From positions 3,204 through 67,203 of IMG/VR virus record IMGVR_UViG_3300047548_000145: a stretch of DNA of 64,000 nucleotides. One strand, 5' to 3'. The DNA is from a virus. Below the pieces are notes generated by a model. The model made no database searches. It was not told the origin of the DNA and saw nothing but the letters and a program-made list of their open reading frames with translations. A program made the translations under genes and the position numbers. This document shows, piece by piece, positions 25,164-35,873 of this stretch. Position 1 is the stretch's first letter. Each line of letters opens with the position of its first letter.

Positions 25164-27086
25164 ATGTTAGGTTTAGGCTTGGGTGTAAGCAAGTCTGGCA
25201 CAACTAAAGATGCAGCCAGTTCTTTGCTCAGTTCCTACATTTCCAGAGTAACTACTGCTGGTGGTTATCTTGAGGGTAATGGATGTGCTCTTCAGAAACT
25301 TAGGTCTTTAAAGACTCAAGGATTGCTAAATGACGCTTCTTGGGTGCTTATTCCAGAGGGTATTGAGGAAGATATTGTATATGCCCAAAAGTCAACCAAT
25401 GGATTGGGGGATTTGACCTTCACCCGTGCGAGCGATGCCACCCGTACCAATAGTGCAGGGGTGATTGAACGGACTCCGTGGAATCTACTTACGTCATCGG
25501 AAATGTTTACCGATGCAACTTGGACGAAAAGAAACGGCACTATATCTGCAAATGTTGTAAATGCCCCAAATGGAACGTTAACTGCTGACAAAATTGTAGA
25601 GGCTGCTACAACTGGATTTCACTCTATACTGCAATCAAATACTTCTCGTCTTGGCGTAGCATATACCTTCTCGGTTTATCTTAAAGCAGCTGAAAGAACT
25701 TGGGCATTGGTTTGGTTTGATGCCGAAATCGCTGGTGCTTATGTTAATTTGTCAACTGGCGAACTTGGAACGGTTTCCGCTGGGGTTACCGCAAGTGTAA
25801 CAAGTGTTGGCGATGGATGGTATAGGTGTGTTATTTCGAAGAATATAGTCACTGGTGCGAATGTTGCGGTATATACAGCAACAAGCAACGGAGGAGCATC
25901 TTACGTTGGAAATGGAACAAGCGGTCTTTTTGCTTGGGGAGCCCAACTCGTTGAAGGCACAGACGCAAAGCCCTACTTCGCAACTACCAACCGCCAAGAT
26001 GTACCACGCCTGGACTACCGCAATGCAGACGGGAGTTTGAGTACTTGTCCTCGGCTCTTGCTTGAACCCCAGCGCACCAACTCCATCCGCAACTCAACGA
26101 TGGTGGGGGCGGTGGCGGGTAGTCCTGGGACTTTGCCTACGAATTGGGGGGTAACAAGTGGGGGGTTAACGCAAACAATTGTAGGGGTCGGAACTGAAGA
26201 CGGACTACCATACATTGACGTGCGATTAAACGGCACGGCAACTGGAACCGCTGCACAAATAAGTAGCGAAGGTGTAGCACAAATTGTAGCTGCTCAAGGC
26301 CAAGTTTGGGCAAATTCAATTTATGCAAAAGTAATAAGCGCCCCAAATCCGCCACTTTCGTATGACATTTCATTTCGTGAAGGAGATTCGGGCAGCAATT
26401 TAATAGCAACTGGAACGGTGCCTTTTACACCGACCTCGGTACTAACAAGATTTTCAGCAACCAGAACACTAACAGGAGCTGCTACCACCCGTATTCAGCC
26501 AAGGATTCAAATTAACCTCACCAACGGAGCCGCCTACGACTTCACCATCCGCATCGCTGCTCCTCAAATGGAATTGGGGGCAACTGCAAGTACGTTCATT
26601 CCTACAACGACTGCTGCGGTGACGAGGTTGGCAGATTTTGCAAATAAGACTGGGGTTTCTGATTTGATTGGGCAGACGGAGGGGACTTTTTATACAGATT
26701 TGCAAATAAGCCAAACAACCACAAGGGCTATATTTTCACTTGACATAGGAACTACCACTAATTACATAGCAGCAACTACAAATACTACTAATCAGGTGAG
26801 GGTAGCCATTGCTCAAGCAGGTTCGGCAACTAACGTAATAACGTCATCTGCTCTAACTTTGGGACGGCATAAATTGGCTATTGCTTACAAATCTGGTGAT
26901 TATGCGCTTTACATTGATGGAGTTCAAGCAGGCACAAGTAGTTCAACAAACTTCCCGATTGGTGTATTGAGTCAAATTATACTTGCAAGTTCTGGTTATG
27001 GCCAATTGAGCGATGGCTATGCCCAAGCTGCTCTATTCCCTACCCGATTGACAAACGCCCAACTGGCACAACTCACCACGCTATGA
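25164..27086 (+). CDS. fibre/spike protein with carbohydrate-binding and LamG-like domains
   Basis: MLGLGLG N-terminus; FTRASDATR, WGAQL, PRLDY, LLLEPQRTN; C-terminal concanavalin-like HKLAIAY..ALYIDG. Confidence 0.65.
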   Translation: MLGLGLGVSKSGTTKDAASSLLSSYISRVTTAGGYLEGNGCALQKLRSLKTQGLLNDASWVLIPEGIEEDIVYAQKSTNGLGDLTFTRASDATRTNSAGVIERTPWNLLTSSEMFTDATWTKRNGTISANVVNAPNGTLTADKIVEAATTGFHSILQSNTSRLGVAYTFSVYLKAAERTWALVWFDAEIAGAYVNLSTGELGTVSAGVTASVTSVGDGWYRCVISKNIVTGANVAVYTATSNGGASYVGNGTSGLFAWGAQLVEGTDAKPYFATTNRQDVPRLDYRNADGSLSTCPRLLLEPQRTNSIRNSTMVGAVAGSPGTLPTNWGVTSGGLTQTIVGVGTEDGLPYIDVRLNGTATGTAAQISSEGVAQIVAAQGQVWANSIYAKVISAPNPPLSYDISFREGDSGSNLIATGTVPFTPTSVLTRFSATRTLTGAATTRIQPRIQINLTNGAAYDFTIRIAAPQMELGATASTFIPTTTAAVTRLADFANKTGVSDLIGQTEGTFYTDLQISQTTTRAIFSLDIGTTTNYIAATTNTTNQVRVAIAQAGSATNVITSSALTLGRHKLAIAYKSGDYALYIDGVQAGTSSSTNFPIGVLSQIILASSGYGQLSDGYAQAALFPTRLTNAQLAQLTTL

Positions 27087-27403
27087 CCTATCTAAAACAC
27101 GCTTGGCCAACCGAAGGCCAATTCATCACCGATATGCTTTCAGCAGGATTCGCCACGATGGAAGAAGACCAAATCACGTTTGTTGATTGCTACGTTCATC
27201 AAATCGGACTTGTTGAAAACGACCCACGTTGGGCAGTTGACATCATCTGGACGGGTGACGTACAATTTGAATCTTTGTGCGTGTGGCCTACGCCAGGTAG
27301 TGCTGTTCACTTTTTCGCAGGCTATGAAGCTCAGTACGCTGCTGACTTTTGTGCAAACAATCCTGAATCTCCATTTTGTACCTTAGCACTTGAAAATGAG
27401 TAA
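27083..27403 (+). CDS. hypothetical protein (possible fibre-associated)
   Basis: 106 aa coupled to the fibre gene. Confidence 0.6.
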   Translation: MTYLKHAWPTEGQFITDMLSAGFATMEEDQITFVDCYVHQIGLVENDPRWAVDIIWTGDVQFESLCVWPTPGSAVHFFAGYEAQYAADFCANNPESPFCTLALENE

Positions 27404-27405
27404 CG

Positions 27406-27567
27406 ATGAAACACGATAGCACAGAGGCCGTAGCAGCATCTTGGGGGCTTACTATAGGTGGCCTAACATTGGCACAAGTACACCAGATTGCTGGTCTATT
27501 TGTAATGGTAGTATCCTTCTGCTACACTCTGTGGCGTTGGCATAGAGATATTAAAAACGGAAAATGA
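27406..27567 (+). CDS. small membrane protein (holin/antiholin candidate)
   Basis: 53 aa, TM segment and basic C-terminus; first gene of the lysis cassette. Confidence 0.55.
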   Translation: MKHDSTEAVAASWGLTIGGLTLAQVHQIAGLFVMVVSFCYTLWRWHRDIKNGK

Positions 27568-27770
27568 ACTTGCTTATAGAACGCATCTTCAAGAACTGGA
27601 AGACCACACTGCTGGGCTTGGCTATGATAGTCGCCTGCTTTGTGTTGGTATTCCTAGAGAAGGCTACACTATCTGAAGCCTCTATGTTCATTGTAGGTGG
27701 GTTCACTATGCTGTTCTTACGTGACAGCGCAGACTCGGCAAAGCCAACAAAGAAGTACGATGGAGAGTGA
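27564..27770 (+). CDS. putative holin
   Basis: KNWKTTLLG, two TM segments, upstream of the endolysin. Confidence 0.65.
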   Translation: MNLLIERIFKNWKTTLLGLAMIVACFVLVFLEKATLSEASMFIVGGFTMLFLRDSADSAKPTKKYDGE

Positions 27771-28230
27771 ATACTTTGAACTCTGGGAAGTAGAAGCCTC
27801 GCACACTGCGAAGCGTCTAGGCATTGACAACACCGCACCTAAGGATGTTGTAAAGAATGCTGAGTACTTAGCTCAACAGCTTTTAGATAAGGTACGTGAG
27901 CACTTCGGTGTGCCTGTGTACACGTCCTCTTGGTATCGCTCTCCCGCCTTGAATAAGAAGGTGAAAGGTTCATCTACCTCACTCCACCTGACGGGGTCTG
28001 CAGTAGACATTGATATGGATGGACGTAACTCCATCTCCAACAGACAGATATTCGAATACATCAAGGACAACTTGCTGTTCACAGAACTAATCCTAGAACA
28101 TCCTGATAAGAACGGTAACCCAGCGTGGGTACACGTAGCTCTTGTAAAGGGAAGAGAGGAAGAGATGGAAGTATTAATCGCTAAAAGAAACAAAGATGGC
28201 AAGACTGTTTATTCTCCTTATTCTGCTTAG
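27697..28230 (+). CDS. endolysin, peptidase M15A family
   Basis: SWYRSPALN..SLHLTGSAVD..WVHV; true start probably the downstream MESEYF. Confidence 0.85.
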   Translation: MGSLCCSYVTAQTRQSQQRSTMESEYFELWEVEASHTAKRLGIDNTAPKDVVKNAEYLAQQLLDKVREHFGVPVYTSSWYRSPALNKKVKGSSTSLHLTGSAVDIDMDGRNSISNRQIFEYIKDNLLFTELILEHPDKNGNPAWVHVALVKGREEEMEVLIAKRNKDGKTVYSPYSA

Positions 28231-28600
28231 TTCCTGCTCTGCGGAGTGGCACCTAAAGAAGGCACTGAAGAAAGACCCCAAGATTATAGAGACCAAGGTT
28301 ATCAATATCTACGATACCCTGTGGACTAACTCTATTAAGTTCAAGGACTCTGTCAACATTGACTTCAAGGACAGCCTTATTATTACGAACGATACCGTGC
28401 AGGTAAAGCTGTACAAGAAAGGTAAGCGTCAACTTATCGTTAAGACGGTAGTTAAGCCATACCCTATCTACAAGAAGGTGAGAATCGTGGAGACTAAGTA
28501 CAAGCGGCACTGGAACAGTATTCTGTGGCAAGTAGTATTTGCTGTTGGTTCCGTGTACTGTGCTGGCATTGTAATCAACAACTTGCTAAACAGAAAGTAA
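28196..28600 (+). CDS. putative unimolecular spanin
   Basis: Lipoprotein signal (LLSSC) plus C-terminal TM helix, right after the endolysin. Confidence 0.6.
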   Translation: MARLFILLILLSSCSAEWHLKKALKKDPKIIETKVINIYDTLWTNSIKFKDSVNIDFKDSLIITNDTVQVKLYKKGKRQLIVKTVVKPYPIYKKVRIVETKYKRHWNSILWQVVFAVGSVYCAGIVINNLLNRK

Positions 28601-31600
28601 GTGGGTCTTATAGACGTATATAGAATCAACCCTGCGGACTCATTCTCCGTAAAGAGCGCTTCCCTAAAGAAGCAGCAGGACATCACGTACTTCACGCTCC
28701 TAGCGAAGATACGTGGAGATCTTAACCTTACTTCTATAGACAGCAATGTAGACAACTGGAACTCCGCATACGACAACGTAGTGGTGTCAGGCAATGTCAC
28801 GGGATACAATACCAAAACCATCAACCTAGTACGTAGGGATGGCTCTGTAGTGTCATTCAGCTTTGAGGACTTAAATTCTCCAGAAGTTGACACGCTTGAT
28901 ACGGTCACCACCAGAGGAAACGTGACTGTGAATACCATAGACGTAGGTGGGGTAAAGACAGACTACGTTCAATTTGACACCACAGCTAGTCCTACGCTCA
29001 GCGTTGGGATGATGGCCTGGAATACTACTGATGGTACTGCAGACATTCGGTTGATGGGCAACAACGTTACCTTGCAGGTTGGTCAGGAGGAAGTAATCAG
29101 AGTTGTAAACAAGACAGGCTCTAACCTTCTAGAGTCTCAGTATAAGGTAGTGAGGGTACGTACTGCTGCTGAGGGTGGTGCTCAAGGGCAAAGACTTGCC
29201 GTACTTCTTGCTCAGGCAAACAGCAGGGCGAATCACAGCGGTGTCCTTGGACTTGTTACTGAGAACATAAACAACAACCAAGAAGGATTTGTTACCGCCT
29301 TTGGTTTTATTAGAAACATAAATACAACTGGAAATCTTCAGGGAGAGAGTTGGTCTGACGGAGATGCGCTATGGCTGTCTGCAACTGTGGCTGGGAATGT
29401 TACTAACATTGAACCTGCTGACCACCCCGTACAGATTGGCTATGTGACATATGCACACCAAAATAACGGGAAGATATTTGTAAAGATTGAAAATGGAGTT
29501 GATGAATTATCTGAACTGCACGATGTAAAAATTACGTCTATAGCGAACAACCAGATATTAAAGTACAATTCTTTTACTCAGCGATGGGAGAACGTAAATA
29601 TATCTTCTGTAGCTGCAACACTAGCATTTAGCACTATCGCTGTGTCTGGGCAATTTAGTATAGTAGCTGACTCTACAGCTGATACACTTACTGTTGCTGC
29701 TGGCACTGGTATGTCTATTACGACAAATGCTGGAACTGATACGCTAACAATTACAAATAACGACAGAGGGTCTTCTCAGAATATCTTCAAGAATATAGCA
29801 GTAGCAGGACAGAGCACAGTAGTAGCTGATAGTAATAACGACACGCTTACCCTTATTGCTGGGTCTAATGTTACCATCACCACCGATGCTGTCAATGATA
29901 CGATTACCATCAACTCTACGGGTGGTGGTGGAGGTGCTAGCGGAACTGTTACGTATGTAGATGTAGTAGGAGGTACTGGCATCAGTACTACGGGTGGACC
30001 TGTAACTACCACTGGTACCATTACCGTTACCAATACCGACCCAGGGTCTGCGCAGAATATATTTAAGAATGTAGCAGTAAGCGGTCAGAGCGATATTGTA
30101 GCAGACTCTAACAACGACACGTTAACTGTTGCTGGAGGTACTGGCATATCTCTAACTACGAATGCAACTACAGACACGCTTACCATTACAAACTCAGCCC
30201 CCGACCAGACTGTAGTACTTACCGCTGGAGCAAACGTATCCATTACGGGAACGTATCCTTCGTTTACCATCGCATCTAGCGACCAGTTTGTAGGCACGGT
30301 AACTTCCGTAAACCTTACTGCAGGAACGGGTATGGCTGTCTCTGGAGGCCCCATCACCACAAGCGGCTCTATAACCGTCACCAACAACGACAGAGGATCT
30401 TCTCAGAACATATTCAAGGTTATAGACGTGGCAGGACAGACTCCCGTCACTGCAACGAGCAACAGCACTGTCTTAACAGTAGAAGCTGGAACAGGTATCT
30501 CTGTAACTACAAACGCACTAGCTGGTTCTATACGGTTCACCAACTCAGACCTGGGTTCTGCACAGAACATATTCAAGAACATAGCAGTAAGTGGAAGTAG
30601 TACTATCGTAGCGGACAACAACAATGACACGCTAACGGTAACGGCTGGTACTGGAATAACTTTGTCTGGTAATGCTACCACTGATACGTTAACGATAACA
30701 AACAGTGCCCCCGACCAAGTTGTTAGTATCACTGGTGCTGGCACTACCACTGTAAGTGGGACGTATCCAAACTTTACTGTAACCTCTAACGACCAGTATG
30801 TAGGAACCGTAACTTCTGTGGGTGTTACAGCAGGAACTGGCATTACCGTTTCAGGGTCTCCTATTACTAGCAGCGGGTCTATAACTGTTACTAATAACGA
30901 CAGGGGTTCTAGTCAGAATATATTTAAGAATGTTGCCGTACCTGGAAGCCCTACTATAGTAGCAGCTAACAATAACGATACTTTCACAATTAAACCAGGC
31001 AGCGGTATATCCGCCACGACAACTGGAAATGACATAACGCTGTCAAATACTGACCCAGGTTCTACGCAAAACATATTTAAAAACATTGCAGTAGCTGGAC
31101 AGTCTACCATCGTTGCTGATAGCAACAACGATACTCTTACCCTTGTTGCTGGATCTAATGTTACGCTGACTACAAATGCGACAACAGATTCTGTAACCAT
31201 AGATGTATCCACACCTTCATCTGCAACTCCTGCTGACGCTATATACCAAAGGGATTACGCATCTCCGTTTGTAATTCCAGGCACCTGGGCTGTTGTTAAT
31301 ATAAACTCTTTTGATATTAGAGTGTCTGTAAACAAGACACCTGCAGACGACAACAGAGCGTATTTCTTTGTGACATTTGAGGTAGAGAGTACAGAGTCTG
31401 GTCCACAGTTCCGTATGTTTAAGTATAAGCTGTACAACTCTACTCTTGCGGCAGATGTGACAGATTCAGAATCTTACTGGGTTGGTTATATGTACGGAAC
31501 ATCAGAAGTGCCATATACTACCTTTTCCTTCCATATTCCTAGTGATGACTCAAATCTAACCGCTGGAGACGTTATAGAACTTCAGGTACAAGAGCTTTCA

Positions 31601-31660
31601 GCAGGCACTGCGCCTAACATTACCTATGCGGCATTAAGCTACATCGATGCTGTTGGATAA
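28601..31660 (+). CDS. long tail fibre with internal repeats
   Basis: Repeated GSxQNIFKNIAVxGQSTIVADSNNDTLT and GTVTSV modules; ELSELHDV motif. Confidence 0.75.
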   Translation: MGLIDVYRINPADSFSVKSASLKKQQDITYFTLLAKIRGDLNLTSIDSNVDNWNSAYDNVVVSGNVTGYNTKTINLVRRDGSVVSFSFEDLNSPEVDTLDTVTTRGNVTVNTIDVGGVKTDYVQFDTTASPTLSVGMMAWNTTDGTADIRLMGNNVTLQVGQEEVIRVVNKTGSNLLESQYKVVRVRTAAEGGAQGQRLAVLLAQANSRANHSGVLGLVTENINNNQEGFVTAFGFIRNINTTGNLQGESWSDGDALWLSATVAGNVTNIEPADHPVQIGYVTYAHQNNGKIFVKIENGVDELSELHDVKITSIANNQILKYNSFTQRWENVNISSVAATLAFSTIAVSGQFSIVADSTADTLTVAAGTGMSITTNAGTDTLTITNNDRGSSQNIFKNIAVAGQSTVVADSNNDTLTLIAGSNVTITTDAVNDTITINSTGGGGGASGTVTYVDVVGGTGISTTGGPVTTTGTITVTNTDPGSAQNIFKNVAVSGQSDIVADSNNDTLTVAGGTGISLTTNATTDTLTITNSAPDQTVVLTAGANVSITGTYPSFTIASSDQFVGTVTSVNLTAGTGMAVSGGPITTSGSITVTNNDRGSSQNIFKVIDVAGQTPVTATSNSTVLTVEAGTGISVTTNALAGSIRFTNSDLGSAQNIFKNIAVSGSSTIVADNNNDTLTVTAGTGITLSGNATTDTLTITNSAPDQVVSITGAGTTTVSGTYPNFTVTSNDQYVGTVTSVGVTAGTGITVSGSPITSSGSITVTNNDRGSSQNIFKNVAVPGSPTIVAANNNDTFTIKPGSGISATTTGNDITLSNTDPGSTQNIFKNIAVAGQSTIVADSNNDTLTLVAGSNVTLTTNATTDSVTIDVSTPSSATPADAIYQRDYASPFVIPGTWAVVNINSFDIRVSVNKTPADDNRAYFFVTFEVESTESGPQFRMFKYKLYNSTLAADVTDSESYWVGYMYGTSEVPYTTFSFHIPSDDSNLTAGDVIELQVQELSAGTAPNITYAALSYIDAVG

Positions 31661-31690
31661 GCATTATCTTTGTATTAAATTTAAATCCAT

Positions 31691-31948
31691 ATGAACCAAG
31701 AAAACAAGAAACTCGAACAGAGCGAATTGGACAGCCTCAAGCAGGCAGTTCAGAACACCGCAGAGCTGGAAGCAGCAATCGCAAAGCTGTCTATCCGCAG
31801 ACTATCCATCCAGGGTGAGATTGAATCTTACTTTGAAAAGTGGAAGCATCACGCAGAACAGCTTGAAGGTATTCGCAAATCCATCGCTGAGAAATACGGA
31901 GATGGATCTATTAACATTGAAGACGGAACCTTTACACCTAAGGAATAA
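31691..31948 (+). CDS. coiled-coil hypothetical protein
   Basis: Ends EKYGDGSINIEDGTF. Confidence 0.7.
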   Translation: MNQENKKLEQSELDSLKQAVQNTAELEAAIAKLSIRRLSIQGEIESYFEKWKHHAEQLEGIRKSIAEKYGDGSINIEDGTFTPKE

Positions 31949-32232
31949 TGGACGAACGTATCAAGAATCTGTTGCAGAAGAATGGGCTTAGCGGGGTTAA
32001 CAAACCCAAGCGCACACCTAGCCATCCCAAGAAGTCACACGTGGTGCTGGCTAAAGATGGCAACAAGGTTAGGCTTATTCGTTTTGGAGAACAGGGGGCT
32101 GATACAGTTACAGAGAGTAACCCTTCACCGCAGAGAGCAAAGAAGCGGGCTAGCTTCAAGGCACGTCACGCTAAGAATATTGCCAAGGGTAAGATGAGTG
32201 CTGCTTGGTGGGCCGATCGCTATAAGTGGTGA
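31948..32232 (+). CDS. small basic conserved phage protein
   Basis: NKPKRTPSHPKKSHVVLAK..RFGEQG..SFKARH..SAAWWAD. Confidence 0.75.
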   Translation: MDERIKNLLQKNGLSGVNKPKRTPSHPKKSHVVLAKDGNKVRLIRFGEQGADTVTESNPSPQRAKKRASFKARHAKNIAKGKMSAAWWADRYKW

Positions 32233-32313
32233 AAATCAACAAGTTACATACGCAAACACACGCTTGATATTTTTTGATAATTTTGCTTTTGTTAAACCAA
32301 TAATTTAATTAAG

Positions 32314-33468
32314 ATGAGTGATTCTTTGAATAACGATGACTTGAAGGCCCTAGGCTTTGATGTCTCTGATACTATGCCAGGTGATGTCTCACTAGAAGGA
32401 GTTGATTTTGACAACTCAGGACAGGGAGATGGAGACTTGTCTCAGGTATTCGGTCCAGCAGATATTGATCTGACTAAGACTGCAGAACCTGAACCAACAG
32501 CCTCGGAGCCAGCAACGGGAAGCGCACCTGCGTCTACTGAACCTGCTCCAGATAGTTCTTTAAATAGTGAACCCCAATCGCAAGACATTTCTGATGAGGA
32601 AATTGAATCTGTTGTATTGGACTTTCTGAGCGAGCGGCTCGGACGTTCAATTGCCAGCCTAGAGGAACTCACAGCAACGTCAAGCGAAGCACAGCGAGAA
32701 ATCGATGAGCGTGTGAAGGTGATTGCAGACTTCGTTGAGAAGACTGGCAGATCTCCAGAAGACTGGTTCCGATACCAATCACTCAACCCATCCGATATGG
32801 ATGATATGAGTGCTGTCCGTCTTAAGATGGCGAATGAGTATCCTAATCTGTCCTCAGAAGAGGTCGGCCTGCTTGTCAACTCTCAGTACAAACTCGATGA
32901 GGATATGTACTCAGAGGATGAAGTCAGATTGTCTAAGCTACGTTTAAAGATTGACGCAGAAAAGGCTAGGAATGAGATTGAATCTGTTCGCAGTTCATAC
33001 CTTATGCCGAAGCCTAAGGAACAGAATCAGGAAGCCGTTTATGAGTCTCCGTTCGATGATTCTTGGAGAGGTCAATTGTACAAGGAGGTTGATGAATTTG
33101 AATCGATTGAGTTTGAACTCGGTCAGGACAAGTCCTTCAAGTTCGGTATTAACGACACCTACAAGAACGAACTGAAACAAAAGAACGGTAATCTGGAGAC
33201 TTTCTTTGACCAGTACGTGAACGAGAAAGGGGACTGGAACTACGAGATGCTGAACGCACACAGAACTGTTTTGGACAACATTGATGAAATTGTCAAGAAT
33301 GTCTACAACCAGGGCCTGTCGGACGGTCAGCGCAAACTTGTAGAGAAGGCCGCTAACGTTGACGCTGGATCACCGAACCCAGTCAATGTTCCAACAAATG
33401 ATGCTGTTCTAGAGCAGTTGAGGAATGCTTTAGGACAGTCCGACAATCTCCTCAGATTCCGTGTTTAA
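32314..33468 (+). CDS. putative capsid scaffolding protein
   Basis: Acidic, helical, immediately upstream of the MCP. Confidence 0.6.
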   Translation: MSDSLNNDDLKALGFDVSDTMPGDVSLEGVDFDNSGQGDGDLSQVFGPADIDLTKTAEPEPTASEPATGSAPASTEPAPDSSLNSEPQSQDISDEEIESVVLDFLSERLGRSIASLEELTATSSEAQREIDERVKVIADFVEKTGRSPEDWFRYQSLNPSDMDDMSAVRLKMANEYPNLSSEEVGLLVNSQYKLDEDMYSEDEVRLSKLRLKIDAEKARNEIESVRSSYLMPKPKEQNQEAVYESPFDDSWRGQLYKEVDEFESIEFELGQDKSFKFGINDTYKNELKQKNGNLETFFDQYVNEKGDWNYEMLNAHRTVLDNIDEIVKNVYNQGLSDGQRKLVEKAANVDAGSPNPVNVPTNDAVLEQLRNALGQSDNLLRFRV

Positions 33469-33487
33469 CACATAAAACAAAAGAAAA

Positions 33488-34909
33488 ATGTCAGTAACAG
33501 TCCCAGCGGATTTTTCACCCGCAGCGTTTAGACGCTTAGACCCGACCAAGTACGTATCCTTGGGCGATTTTATTAACCAGGTTAACAAACCTGACAACCG
33601 TGATATGCTGGTTAAGACCTATGGCAACCAGACCATCACAGGATTTTTGCAAATGACAGGAGCTGTCAAGTCTAACGGTACTGCCGATGAGGTTCAGTAC
33701 TGGGAAGAGACTCGTCTGCACCCCGCACAAGTTGTTACGTTCGCTGCATCTGCTGCTCCTGGAGCAACTGCTTTGACGTTGAATATGGCTTCTGCTGCTA
33801 CTAGTGCAACTGGAGCTACTAAGGCTGCCGCTCAGAAGTACTTGCGCCTGAATGACGTAGTGTTGATTAATGGTGTCGACAGATTCATCATCACTGGTAT
33901 TACTGGTGGAGAATTGAGCGGACCTAGTGGAGCTACTGCATCTATGCAAACTGCTACTGCTGCTGCTACTGCTGTTGCTCTGTCTTCTGTTGGCTTGACT
34001 GCTTCTGCTGCAGCCGCTTCCGCTACCCTTCCTATCGTTGGTAACTTGTTCGCACAAGGTTCTGACCAGAACCAAGGCTACTTGGAGAGCGATGTAGTTA
34101 GACGCACCAATCCTTATATGATCTTGAAAGAGACCTACAAGGTTACTGGTTCTCAGGCTACGAACATCGGCTGGATCAACTTGGGTAATGGCGACTACCG
34201 CTGGTACATCAAGTCTGAACAAGATACCCGTAAGCGTTTCTTGGACAAGCGTGAGATGATGATGCTGTTGGGTGTTACCAATACTAACAACGTTTCCATT
34301 AACGGAACCATCGAAGGCTCTGAAGGTTACTTCTCTGCTATCGAGAATCGTGGTATGGTAAATAGCGGATACCTTCAAACCTTGACTGATATTGATGATA
34401 TGGTTAAAGAGTTTGACAAGCAGGGCTCCGCTCCTGAGTACGCTATGTACATTAACCGTCAGCAGGACTTGTTCTTGGATGACCTGATTGCTCGTGGATT
34501 GAATGGCGCTACTGCAAATGTTGCTACCATCGGTTCTCAAGCCTTCGGCACATTTAGCAATGGAGAGGCTGCTGTTAAGTTGGGCTTCACTTCTTTCAAG
34601 CGTGGTTCTTACACGTTCCACAAGCAGTCTTGGAAATTGTTGAACGAGCCTACCTTGTTGGCAAATTCTGTTTACAAGGGTGTTGCTATCCCAATGGCTA
34701 CTGTAGTTGATCCTAAGACTGGAGATCGTTCTCCCGCTTTGGAAATGAACTACAAAGCATCTAACGGATACAGCCGTGAAATGGAGCACTGGATGACTGG
34801 TTCTATCTTGGGCGTAACGAACACCAACGTTGACTCGTTGCAGTTCAACTACCGTTCCGAGTGCAACTTGGTTACTCGTGCTGCTAACCGCCACTTGTTG
34901 ATTAAGTAA
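33488..34909 (+). CDS. major capsid protein
   Basis: 473 aa, strong codon bias, follows the scaffold and precedes a terminator; YWEETRLH, GSEGYFSAIENRG, GFTSFKRGSYTFHK. Confidence 0.8.
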   Translation: MSVTVPADFSPAAFRRLDPTKYVSLGDFINQVNKPDNRDMLVKTYGNQTITGFLQMTGAVKSNGTADEVQYWEETRLHPAQVVTFAASAAPGATALTLNMASAATSATGATKAAAQKYLRLNDVVLINGVDRFIITGITGGELSGPSGATASMQTATAAATAVALSSVGLTASAAAASATLPIVGNLFAQGSDQNQGYLESDVVRRTNPYMILKETYKVTGSQATNIGWINLGNGDYRWYIKSEQDTRKRFLDKREMMMLLGVTNTNNVSINGTIEGSEGYFSAIENRGMVNSGYLQTLTDIDDMVKEFDKQGSAPEYAMYINRQQDLFLDDLIARGLNGATANVATIGSQAFGTFSNGEAAVKLGFTSFKRGSYTFHKQSWKLLNEPTLLANSVYKGVAIPMATVVDPKTGDRSPALEMNYKASNGYSREMEHWMTGSILGVTNTNVDSLQFNYRSECNLVTRAANRHLLIK

Positions 34910-34923
34910 TCACCTGAGTAGTT

Positions 34924-34950
34924 GGAGGGGCCTTGTGCCCCTCCTTTCTA
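34924..34950 (+). terminator. intrinsic terminator after the MCP gene
   Basis: GGAGGGGC-CTTGT-GCCCCTCC followed by a T-rich tract. Confidence 0.75.
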
Positions 34951-34983
34951 CTCTTTTCTTTTTAATGTTAATTATATTCAGTT

Positions 34984-35796
34984 ATGGCTTACCAAAAAAA
35001 GACGGCTCCCGTCTCTCCCGCTGTTGAGGCAGCATCATCCGACATCCCAGTCGTTAAAAGAAAGGAAAAGGTTCAAGATGGACCAAAACAAAAGATTTAC
35101 GTAATTGACTCTGGAGGTGGTGTAGTGTTCCGCATCTCTCAGAACGATGTATTTGTATTCGACAAAGAGACTGGGCATAATAGAGCTATTAGGTATTGTC
35201 CTGGAGAGCGCTCTGTGTTTGCCGATGAACAGTCTCCAAATTCTGTCCGTAGCGATGTAGTGTTCCGTGATGGTATGCTTATGGTTGATGCAAATAAGCC
35301 AAACCTCGCCAAGTTCTTGGATATGCATCCAGACAACAGAGCAAATGGAGGTGGTATTTTCCGATTGATGGATACAGAGAAAAAAATTGAGGTTGAACTT
35401 GACTCCGAGTTCTTGGTACACGATGCCATTACCCTAGTACGTGAGAAGGGCATTGACGAACTGATTCCCGTGGCTATGTCTTTGGGTGTCAATACGGACC
35501 AGGGCGTTAAGGAGATCAAGCACGAGTTGCTTCGTGAGGCTAAGGCACGTCCACGTGTATTCATTGATATGTTTGACAACCCAGTAGTCAAGACCCGCTC
35601 TATGATTATGCAGGCTATGGACTTCCAGATTATCAGCGCACGTGGCGATGGTATGTACTGGTACGACTCAGGTCGTATTATCGTATCCACTCCAGCGGGT
35701 ATGGACAGCGTTGAGGTTATGACTCAGTTCTGTATGACCGACAAGGGTCTGCCTGTTACGGAGGAGTTAAAAAGGGAACTAAGCAAAATTGCTTAA
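34984..35796 (+). CDS. hypothetical protein downstream of the MCP
   Basis: 270 aa; RAIRYCPGERSVFADEQ, FLDMHPDN. Confidence 0.75.
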   Translation: MAYQKKTAPVSPAVEAASSDIPVVKRKEKVQDGPKQKIYVIDSGGGVVFRISQNDVFVFDKETGHNRAIRYCPGERSVFADEQSPNSVRSDVVFRDGMLMVDANKPNLAKFLDMHPDNRANGGGIFRLMDTEKKIEVELDSEFLVHDAITLVREKGIDELIPVAMSLGVNTDQGVKEIKHELLREAKARPRVFIDMFDNPVVKTRSMIMQAMDFQIISARGDGMYWYDSGRIIVSTPAGMDSVEVMTQFCMTDKGLPVTEELKRELSKIA

Positions 35797-35817
35797 ATTC
35801 TTAACTGCTTGAAAGTT

Positions 35818-35846
35818 AGAGGGGCCAAGTGCCCCTCTTCTTTTTT
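35818..35846 (+). terminator. intrinsic terminator
   Basis: AGAGGGGC-CAAGT-GCCCCTCT + TCTTTTTT. Confidence 0.75.
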
Positions 35847-35873
35847 CTTATCTTTGTGTCAAAGTATTCTATA

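Noticed and set aside
25164-31660. Diversity-generating retroelement or invertible fibre cassette
   Set aside because: No reverse transcriptase, recombinase, or adenine-variable template/variable repeat pair seen in the window.
33536-34894. 452-aa antisense ORF opposite the major capsid gene
   Set aside because: Expected shadow of strong codon bias in the MCP; low-complexity translation and no promoter or initiation context.
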